From contig JBNGDS010000002.1 of NCBI GenBank assembly GCA_049975365.1, positions 5,461-69,460 on the forward strand: a DNA stretch of 64,000 bases. Reading direction: 5' to 3'. The stretch comes from Desulfomonilia bacterium (GTDB taxonomy: Bacteria > Desulfobacterota > Desulfomonilia > UBA1062). The notes beneath the pieces are model-generated. The model was not told where the DNA came from. It saw nothing but the letters and a program-made list of their open reading frames with translations, and did no database searches. A program made the translations under genes and the position numbers. Below, in pieces: positions 1 to 6,991 of the stretch; position 1 is the first letter of the stretch, and each line of letters starts with the position of its first letter.

Positions 1-179
1 ACTACCACCTGACCTCCCAGGATATTCGGGGTGCCTATGGTATCCTTTCCATCATCGGCAGTAGTGTTATTCCATCCAGGCCAGTAGTTGACCGAATCAC
101 CAAACGGAATGATGGACGCAAAGCTGCTGGATGAAAACGCCAGCAGGAAAACGACCACGATCAGAAGATATTTTTTCAT
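1..179 (-). CDS. Secreted protein of unknown function (5' end in window, 3' end beyond window start). Possible PEP-CTERM/exosortase substrate given PrsKR next door, but the C-terminus is not visible.
   Basis: Revcomp of 1-179 reads MKKYLLIVVVFLLAFSSSSFASIIPFGDSVNYWPGWNNTTADDGKDTIGTPNILGGQVV..., a clear Sec signal peptide. An AGGAG Shine-Dalgarno sits 7 nt upstream of the ATG (revcomp at 177-179). ORF is open to the window edge. Confidence 0.6.
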   Translation of the reverse strand, partial: MKKYLLIVVVFLLAFSSSSFASIIPFGDSVNYWPGWNNTTADDGKDTIGTPNILGGQVV

Positions 180-218
180 GCTGCACTCCTTTTTATGCCA
201 TTTTTCTGACATATATCA

Positions 219-234
219 TGCAAACGCCGGGCCA
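219..234 (-). promoter_or_regulatory. Sigma-54 (-24/-12) promoter candidate driving the secreted-protein gene
   Basis: Minus-strand sequence TGGCCCGGCGTTTGCA matches TGGCACG-N4-TTGCW, with GG and GC at the correct 12-nt spacing. It lies about 40 nt upstream of the ATG at 179. rpoN and sigma-54 activators (PrsR and others) are encoded in the window. Confidence 0.45.
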
Positions 235-357
235 GATAAAAACAGATATTAATTTCAATATGTTGAAAACATTCTGTCCCTTGTCTCAGTGGAAAGTGTA
301 AAGTATCCCGACGAATTTCGATCGGAAAACGCATGTGAAAACCCTGAAAACTTGGCT

Positions 358-384
358 ACACACCTGTTTTCCGTACGGTGTGTG
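358..384. promoter_or_regulatory. Inverted repeat ACACACC-N13-GGTGTGT, candidate enhancer-binding-protein (PrsR?) upstream activating sequence
   Basis: Seen in the AT-rich 327-bp divergent intergenic region between the secreted-protein gene and prsK. It sits about 125-150 bp upstream of the sigma-54 promoter candidate, the typical UAS distance. Confidence 0.3.
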
Positions 385-506
385 CACATATCTATAAGAA
401 TTCACTGCATATTTCCCGATAGGTATAGAATGAGCATGGTCAAACCGGGTTGTAAAATTTATCGACACCACACCAGGATTCTGGTACAGGGGTAGGTATT
501 CAGTCT

Positions 507-2615
507 ATGGAACTGGGCCTGTATGCACTGACTGCGCTGGTGAGCCTGGGCGGGGGCATGATCATCCTTGCCCGGAGCGGGGTTCGCTCGGGCAGGGTGA
601 TCGCCGTCGGGCTGCTCTTCCTCGCCCTGATGGAAGTGTGCTATTTCCTCTCCCTTCTGGTGGAGGATGTCACCCCCTTGCGCTTTGCCTCGCTCTTCCA
701 GCTCTGCGCCATCAGTTCACTGATCGCATCGGTCATATCCATGGAACACCGCATCTCCCGCAACAAGACACTCCTTACCTGGGTCCACTGGGGCATGGCG
801 CTGATCTGTGTCGCATATGCGATTCCTGTCATGGCCTGGCCGCGCTCCATCCTCTTCCAGGGGGATCAGGGATTCCCCGTGCTCGGGCCGGTGGGCAGTA
901 CGCAGTCCGCACTCATCCTCGTGGGCTCCATCATCTTCATCTGGATCGTGGAAAACATGCTGCGGTCTTCGAGCGATACGCAGAAACGAGTCCTGAAATA
1001 CCCGGCGCTGGGGAGCATCGCGGTCGGGGTATCGCTCCTGCTCTCCGCGATCTACCGCCTCAGCAGTTCCGCCGTCGCAGACGACATCATGATCCTGAGC
1101 TCTCTGATCATGCTCGTGGGCATCTCCTTCCTCATCTTCTTCTCCATCCGGTTCAAACTCTTCGAGATGGACATCTTTGTCTCACGCTACGTGGTCTACC
1201 ACTCGATCACGTTCCTGAGCATCGGTGCGTACCTTCTCGCAGCCGGGATCATCCTCCTCGGCATCCAGAAGCTCGGCTTGGAACCCTCCTTCGTCACCAC
1301 GGGGTTTCTTGCCTTCCTCGCGCTTCTCGGCCTCTCGTTCCTGATCATTTCTCCTGAGATGAGGAGCAGGCTCAGGTTCTTCATCAACACGCATTTCTTC
1401 TCCAACAAGTATGACTACCGCAAGGAGTGGGGCGAGCTGAGCAGGTACCTCTCAATTTCATTCAACGAAAATCAGATCATCCACGTCACCTCCCAGGTGA
1501 TCCTCGAGAGCATGTACATCCAGGAACTCTCCCTGTGGCTCGTAGAAGGGCCGGTCTGCAGGTGCGTCCACTCGTTCCCCCACCCGCGAAGAGTGGAGAC
1601 GATTGTGGCCGAGGATCCCTTCCTTGCCTATCTCGAGGACAGCGGATACTTCCTCAGGAAGACACCTCCTGAGCCTGGAGACCCGGAGTGGGAAGAGATC
1701 ACCACCCGTTCCAAAGACCTCATCAGTGCAACCGGGATCGAGCTCGCCGTGGCCATGATGGCAGAGAACAGGCTCATCGGCTTCATTGCCGTGGGGAAGG
1801 AAAACCCTGGAACCCCGTATGGAAGGGACGACATCGACCTGCTGAGCGCCATAGCCTCCCAAACAAGCGCCGCTCTGATGAGCGCCCGGTTTGCGAAAAA
1901 ACTCGCCGAGAACAAGGAAATCGATGCCTACAACCGCGTTTCAGCCTATGTGCTCCACGACCTGAAGAACGCGGCAGGCAATCTTTCCCTGATCCTCCAG
2001 AACGCGCCGCGCTTCATCTCTCAAAAAGAGTTCCAGGAAGACATGCTGGGAACCATTGCAGAAGCCCTGGCCCGCATCGACAAGGTGACGGGAAAACTCG
2101 CAACGATCCCCGGCAAAGAGGAGCTCACCACCCAGGTCATCCCCGTGGCCGAATTTCTGGACAGCCTCCTGGGCCGACTCCAGCCGAGGCTGAACACCAT
2201 CCGCTGCGCCCGGCAGGTCGAAGAGACGCTGCAGGTGACCACCGACCCCGCTGTCCTGGACAAGATCATGGAAAACCTCGTGGTCAATGCAACCGAGGCC
2301 CTCCCCTCCGACGGCGAGATCACCATTTCCGCTGGAGAGAACGAGGCGGAAATCTTCATTTCCGTGGCGGACAACGGACCCGGCATGCCGGAGGAGTTCG
2401 TGAGAGAAAGACTCTTCAGGCCGTTCCAGACTACGAAGAAGAAAGGCTCCGGCCTCGGGCTCTGGCAGGTGAAGAACCTCACGGAGCAGATCGGGGCCCG
2501 AATCGAGGTGGAGAACCGTCCAGGCAGGGGGGCAACGTTCACCATCGTGCTCCCATCACGCCCCGGCCATGACCTCAGCATCCCCGCTTCCGACCAGGAC
2601 AGAGGCGAGGGGTAA
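507..2615 (+). CDS. prsK: PEP-CTERM system histidine kinase PrsK (multi-TM sensor histidine kinase)
   Basis: 702 aa. The N-terminal ~300 aa form 8+ TM helices, followed by a KYDYRKEW motif, then a HisKA-like region (VLHDLKNAAGNL) and a HATPase_c domain (DNGPGMP...GSGLGLW). It is immediately upstream of a PrsR-type regulator. Confidence 0.6.
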   Translation: MELGLYALTALVSLGGGMIILARSGVRSGRVIAVGLLFLALMEVCYFLSLLVEDVTPLRFASLFQLCAISSLIASVISMEHRISRNKTLLTWVHWGMALICVAYAIPVMAWPRSILFQGDQGFPVLGPVGSTQSALILVGSIIFIWIVENMLRSSSDTQKRVLKYPALGSIAVGVSLLLSAIYRLSSSAVADDIMILSSLIMLVGISFLIFFSIRFKLFEMDIFVSRYVVYHSITFLSIGAYLLAAGIILLGIQKLGLEPSFVTTGFLAFLALLGLSFLIISPEMRSRLRFFINTHFFSNKYDYRKEWGELSRYLSISFNENQIIHVTSQVILESMYIQELSLWLVEGPVCRCVHSFPHPRRVETIVAEDPFLAYLEDSGYFLRKTPPEPGDPEWEEITTRSKDLISATGIELAVAMMAENRLIGFIAVGKENPGTPYGRDDIDLLSAIASQTSAALMSARFAKKLAENKEIDAYNRVSAYVLHDLKNAAGNLSLILQNAPRFISQKEFQEDMLGTIAEALARIDKVTGKLATIPGKEELTTQVIPVAEFLDSLLGRLQPRLNTIRCARQVEETLQVTTDPAVLDKIMENLVVNATEALPSDGEITISAGENEAEIFISVADNGPGMPEEFVRERLFRPFQTTKKKGSGLGLWQVKNLTEQIGARIEVENRPGRGATFTIVLPSRPGHDLSIPASDQDRGEG

Positions 2616-2671
2616 GGAGAGGCCCGGGCGCATGAGCCTGCGAGGAAAACGGGCACACAGAAGGAGTACCC

Positions 2672-4027
2672 ATGACAGCAGATCGCATTCTCATTGTCGA
2701 AGATGAAGCCTCGATGGCCAAGCAGCTCAAGTGGGGGTTGAGCGATACCTACGAGATCTTCGTTGCATCCGATGCAGACGAGGCTATCAGGTGGATGCAC
2801 GCCGAAAATCCATCCGCTGTTCTGCTGGATCTCGGCCTGCCGCCGCACCCTGACGATGCCGTGGTAGGCCTGCGGATCCTGGAGGAGATCGTGGAGGGCT
2901 GGCCCCTGGCAAAAGTCATCGTGATTACCGGCAACACCGAAAAGGACACCGCTGTCGAGGCTGTCTCGCTGGGCGCGTACGATTACCACCAGAAACCGGT
3001 CGATCTCGAAGAACTCAAGATCGTGCTCAAGCGTGCCATGTACCTCTCGAAACTCGAACAGCAGATCTCGCAGCTCAGGGAGATCGTGCCCGTTGACCAT
3101 CAGTTCGAAGGCATGGTGGCGGTGTCCAGGACCATGATGGATCTTTTCGAAAAGGCGGAAAAGGTTGCCAGGACAGACTACCCCGTCCTCATCCAGGGGG
3201 AAAGCGGGACCGGCAAGGAACGCCTCGCACGGGCAATCCACAACCTGAGCGACAGGGCCGGGAAGCCCCTGGTGATCGTCGACTGCGGATCCATCCCGGA
3301 CAATCTTCTCGAGAGCGAACTGTTCGGGCATGAGAAGGGATCGTTCACCGGCGCCCATGCGCGTCAGACCGGGAAGATCGAGCGGGCCCAGAGGGGGACG
3401 GTCGTGCTCGATGAGGTGGGAGAGCTGCCCATGCAGCTCCAGGTGAAGCTCCTGAGATTCCTCCAGGAAGGCACCATCGAGCCTATCGGCGGCAGGCTCC
3501 CGATCTCCATCGACGCCAGGGTCATCGCGATCACGAACGTGAATCTCGCCGATGCCGTGGAGGCAGACCGGTTCCGGGAGGACCTCTACTACCGGCTCAA
3601 CGTCGTCCCCCTGAACGTCCCTCCCTTGAAGGATCGGCCGGGGGACATACCGGTACTGGCAAAGTACTTCCTGGACATCTACAGCCGGGAGATCGGCCGG
3701 AGGAGGAAGCGATTCAGCCAGAGCACCATGGAGGCCATCATCTCCTATCCCTGGCCGGGAAACATCCGGGAGATGCAGAACAGGCTCCGCAGGGCCGTGG
3801 TCATGGCGGAGGGTGACACCCTCCATCCCCAGGATCTTGAGCTGGAGGGCTCTGCACCGAAGATGCAGTCTCTCAAGGACGCACGGGACATGGCTGAAAT
3901 CAGCGCCATCACCAGCGCCCTCGCACGGAATGACTGGAACATCTCCCGTGCCTCACAGGATCTGGACGTGAGCAGGCCCACACTGCACGACCTCATCAAG
4001 AAGCACGGTATATCCGTTCAGAAATAA
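2672..4027 (+). CDS. prsR: PEP-CTERM-box response regulator transcription factor PrsR (sigma-54-dependent, NtrC-family)
   Basis: 451 aa with an N-terminal receiver domain carrying the characteristic LLDLGLPPHPDD motif. Sigma-54 AAA+ domain (GESGTGKE, GAFTGA-like GSFTGA, ESELFGHEKG). C-terminal Fis-type HTH. Confidence 0.75.
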   Translation: MTADRILIVEDEASMAKQLKWGLSDTYEIFVASDADEAIRWMHAENPSAVLLDLGLPPHPDDAVVGLRILEEIVEGWPLAKVIVITGNTEKDTAVEAVSLGAYDYHQKPVDLEELKIVLKRAMYLSKLEQQISQLREIVPVDHQFEGMVAVSRTMMDLFEKAEKVARTDYPVLIQGESGTGKERLARAIHNLSDRAGKPLVIVDCGSIPDNLLESELFGHEKGSFTGAHARQTGKIERAQRGTVVLDEVGELPMQLQVKLLRFLQEGTIEPIGGRLPISIDARVIAITNVNLADAVEADRFREDLYYRLNVVPLNVPPLKDRPGDIPVLAKYFLDIYSREIGRRRKRFSQSTMEAIISYPWPGNIREMQNRLRRAVVMAEGDTLHPQDLELEGSAPKMQSLKDARDMAEISAITSALARNDWNISRASQDLDVSRPTLHDLIKKHGISVQK

Positions 4028-4065
4028 CGGGGACACCGGATACAGAAGAGAGGGGGACAACGCCG

Positions 4066-4302
4066 TTATTTCACAGGGAACAGCGTCTCCAGATCTTTTT
4101 TGATGGACTTCACCTGTCTGAGCTTTTCCTGATGGGTCTTCTCGATCCTGCTGAATTGAACGGTGAGCTCTCCGACTTTCTCCTCGAGGGCCTGAATCCT
4201 CTCTTTTATCCCGTCGAGTTCCTTGTTTAAATCGATATCCGAAGAGATGTCATCCATGAGGGTCAGGAGATCTTTGACCTTCCTGGAGGTGTCAGGATCC
4301 AT
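4066..4302 (-). CDS. Small coiled-coil protein (start ambiguous; longest ORF extends to 4365)
   Basis: Heptad-rich, K/E-rich sequence MDPDTSRKVKDLLTLMDDISSDIDLNKELDGIKERIQALEEKVGELTVQFSRIEKTHQEKL.... The ATG at 4302 overlaps the upstream gene's stop by 11 nt (ATGGATCCTGA), with a GGGAG SD 4 nt upstream. Confidence 0.45.
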   Translation of the reverse strand: MDPDTSRKVKDLLTLMDDISSDIDLNKELDGIKERIQALEEKVGELTVQFSRIEKTHQEKLRQVKSIKKDLETLFPVK

Positions 4303-5053
4303 ACATCTCCCGTTTCGCCTTGAGACGGATGTGGGCGAGCGAGGAATACACCCTGTCCAGGGCATTCTTCAAATCCGTGATCTCGTCCTCCAGGGGTTTC
4401 CTTTTCTTGTACTCCTCTTCCAGCAGGCTCTCCAGCTCACTGATGCGGCCTGTTCTGACCTTGAGGTCCTTTTCCAGGATCGACACCCGCACATCCAGCT
4501 TGGCCTTCTCCTGGACATCCCGGCTCATCCTCTCGTACTTCTCTTCCAGGGTCTTTCTCCTGGCACATTCCGAATCAAAGGCACTCGACTGTTCATCGAG
4601 CATGCCCATCATGTTCTTTATGTAGATATCAGCGTCTTCCAGCTGTTCGTTCAGGAAGGTGATCTCTCTGTCAAGCTCCATTTTGTCTGTCTCTGATTTC
4701 TTCAGGTCGACCAGGTTCTGCTTGAGATCGAGGTTCTCTTTGCCGATTTCCTCGATCATCCGATGGTTCTCGGTGAGCTTTCTCTGAATGTCCGTCTTCT
4801 CGAAGATCATCTGGGTGAAATCGGTGTCGAGGTCTTCTATCGTCTTCACGGCATGCAAAACAGAACTGTTCAGTACAGCTGCCGGCTTTTCCTGGGGAAC
4901 TGTGGGCGGCTTCGGTTCTGCTGCCTGGGGGGCATCGCCATGCACCTGCTGGGTTTTGAGCTGAACCGGATCAACATTCCAGGGCCTGTTCGCCCTTTTC
5001 TTCTGCATCCGGGGCATCTTCTCAGCGACACTCTTGTCAAAACCGTCTTTCAT
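4292..5053 (-). CDS. Coiled-coil protein with basic N-terminal tail (candidate ParA partner/adaptor)
   Basis: 253 aa. The N-terminus MKDGFDKSVAEKMPRMQKKRANRPW is basic and unstructured-looking, then a Pro/Gln-rich linker, then ~170 aa of continuous heptad coiled coil. A GAGGAG SD sits 9 nt upstream. It is co-oriented directly downstream of the HTH-ParA gene. Confidence 0.6.
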   Translation of the reverse strand: MKDGFDKSVAEKMPRMQKKRANRPWNVDPVQLKTQQVHGDAPQAAEPKPPTVPQEKPAAVLNSSVLHAVKTIEDLDTDFTQMIFEKTDIQRKLTENHRMIEEIGKENLDLKQNLVDLKKSETDKMELDREITFLNEQLEDADIYIKNMMGMLDEQSSAFDSECARRKTLEEKYERMSRDVQEKAKLDVRVSILEKDLKVRTGRISELESLLEEEYKKRKPLEDEITDLKNALDRVYSSLAHIRLKAKREMYGS

Positions 5054-5264
5054 TTGTCCGTACTCCTCACGTCATTGGCGATCACACATCACTGAAGTTC
5101 TCATTGCCCGGATAGTGCGGGCCATCCCGGAGCTCTGCACCCCAGACTGACTGTAGACCCGTACACTTCCCGTTCATACCCTATCATTTCTTCACGCGTC
5201 CCGCTCGGGGTGGACTGCTTGTGCGGGGCTTCTCTCTTGTCACTTCCATAAATCACAAATCTCC

Positions 5265-6224
5265 CTAAAACACAATCGATAGATTGGGGAAGACCTCCTT
5301 GATGAAGGCATTGATATCCGCAGAACCTCTATTCTTTGGTGCGTACTGGTGTATCGGCATTCCCATGCTCGCTGCTTCAGCGATCTTGATGTCCTGGCGA
5401 ATGATCGTCTTCATGAGGTACGAGCTGTAGTGTTTCTCCAGTGCATCTTTCGCTCTCTGACAGATATTGTGGGATGCATTGAAATTATTGAGAAAGATGT
5501 AGATATTATCCAGCATGAAATCAAAATCCTCTTCGATGGTCGCAAGGGTCTCGAACAGGATCTTCAATCCGTGGTAGGAGAGAAAGTCCGCAAGAACCGG
5601 CACGAAGAGCTCTGTGCTGGCGAGGATGCCGTTGAGGTTCAGCAGGCCTATGGATGGTGAGGCATCCATGACGATCACATCATACGAGTCCTGTATGGCC
5701 CCGAGGCTCTTTTTCAGGCGCTGCTCCCGTGCATTCATGGATGTCAGCGCAAGTTCGACCGGGGAAAGGTCGAGGTTCGCGGGGATGAGCTTGAGGTTCT
5801 TCATGGTGGTGTCCACGATCACATCCTGGATGTTTTGTCGCTCGATGAGCACATTGTACAGGGTGGATGTGAAGGATTCGTGGTCGATCCCGAGGCACTG
5901 GGTCAAGTGGCCCTGGGGATCGAGATCGACGAGCAGCACCTGCATCCCGAGTTGAGCGAGCCGGAATGCGTAGAACGCTGAAATGCTCGTCTTCCCGGTG
6001 CCGCCCTTGAAATTGAGGAAAATCTGCCTCCTCTTCTGTTCCACCAGCGGGGACTTGCCGAGCAGTTGGAGGTATCGGGGGATATCATGGGGGTGATACA
6101 TCCTCGATCCGTCTTTCACCTCGGGATGGGGGAGTTTCCCTTCGTTTTCCATCTTGAGGAGCGTAGACTTCGATATCCCCATCAGCGTCGCGAACTCTTT
6201 CGCTGTGTAGAAGGGCTGCTCCAT
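5265..6224 (-). CDS. ParA/MinD-family ATPase with N-terminal MerR-like HTH domain
   Basis: 319 aa. The N-terminal 60 aa are HTH-like (YTAKEFATLMGISKSTLLKMENEGKL). Deviant Walker A KGGTGKTS and the ParA-like LLVDLDPQG. The start is 1 nt from the upstream HEAT gene stop, suggesting translational coupling. Confidence 0.75.
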   Translation of the reverse strand: MEQPFYTAKEFATLMGISKSTLLKMENEGKLPHPEVKDGSRMYHPHDIPRYLQLLGKSPLVEQKRRQIFLNFKGGTGKTSISAFYAFRLAQLGMQVLLVDLDPQGHLTQCLGIDHESFTSTLYNVLIERQNIQDVIVDTTMKNLKLIPANLDLSPVELALTSMNAREQRLKKSLGAIQDSYDVIVMDASPSIGLLNLNGILASTELFVPVLADFLSYHGLKILFETLATIEEDFDFMLDNIYIFLNNFNASHNICQRAKDALEKHYSSYLMKTIIRQDIKIAEAASMGMPIHQYAPKNRGSADINAFIKEVFPNLSIVF

Positions 6225-6225
6225 T

Positions 6226-6969
6226 CTATACCCTCTCCTTCATGATCTCCCACCAGCCCTGCCATTTCGCGACGATCCACTCGAACTCATCATCATTGGA
6301 CCCCACAGGTTCCCCGAAATCCTCCCCTGTGAGGCGTTTGAGGGTCTGAATAGCCTGTATCCGGACCTCTATGGATGGGTCTTCCAGCGCCTGGATGACG
6401 TGATGGACATCCTTCTTCTCACCCCAGATGGAAACAAGCCGCAAGGCATCCTTTCTGACGAGGGGGTCGGGATCCAGCACCGAAACCCGGATCACCTCAT
6501 CAATGGAAGACCTGTCGTGCACCCAGAACAGGTAGCTGATCACACGCCTTCGCACATAAGGATCGCTGTCTGAGAGCCATCGTATCCCGTCTTCGGCCTT
6601 GAACATCCCCTTGCGGAACAGGTAGCGGATCGCCTGCCTTCTCACTCTGGCATCGGAATCGAGGGTTGCCTGGTAAAAGATCTGGGTGAAATCGTGTTCG
6701 GCATCGAAGAGCACATCGTAGATGGCCATCGCGGTCGGCTTGTCGGCATCCTCCAAGACATTGGAAAGCACGGCATCGGGGGATGGAGACTCTTTGAGTA
6801 TCGCTTTTGCGGCAAGTCGCTTGATTTCAGGGTCTGTGTCCTTGAGATCCTCCAAGATCCGGTTGAGACCAATTCCCTTCAATCGCCCCTCCATCCTCCT
6901 GTTCGAAATATAGATGGTTATACCACAGAGAGTCAAGTCAATCAAAGAAAACGGTTTCACCTTTTTCAC
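6226..6969 (-). CDS. HEAT/PBS-lyase-like repeat protein (start uncertain: possible GTG at 6969 or ATG at 6894)
   Basis: 247 aa with repeated DxxxxVRxxAxxxL units (DSDARVRRQAIRYL, DSDPYVRRRVISYL, DPDPLVRKDALRLV, DPSIEVRIQAIQTL). First gene of the minus-strand four-gene cluster. Confidence 0.65.
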   Translation of the reverse strand: MKKVKPFSLIDLTLCGITIYISNRRMEGRLKGIGLNRILEDLKDTDPEIKRLAAKAILKESPSPDAVLSNVLEDADKPTAMAIYDVLFDAEHDFTQIFYQATLDSDARVRRQAIRYLFRKGMFKAEDGIRWLSDSDPYVRRRVISYLFWVHDRSSIDEVIRVSVLDPDPLVRKDALRLVSIWGEKKDVHHVIQALEDPSIEVRIQAIQTLKRLTGEDFGEPVGSNDDEFEWIVAKWQGWWEIMKERV

Positions 6970-6991
6970 TCCAGTGATAGCCTAGGATGCG

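Noticed and set aside
638-2572. Several long alternative-frame and antisense ORFs (for example 638-1357, 1688-2572 and 2021-3826 minus) overlapping prsK/prsR
   Set aside because: They have Arg/Pro/Gly-rich compositions typical of off-frame translation of high-GC coding DNA, with no motifs. The in-frame PrsK/PrsR ORFs have clear domain signatures.
4023-4070. Long-range inverted repeat AAATAACGG…CCGTTATTT spanning the prsR stop codon
   Set aside because: The 9-bp stem has a roughly 30-nt loop and no U-tract. It could be a weak terminator between the convergent genes but is not convincing enough to call.
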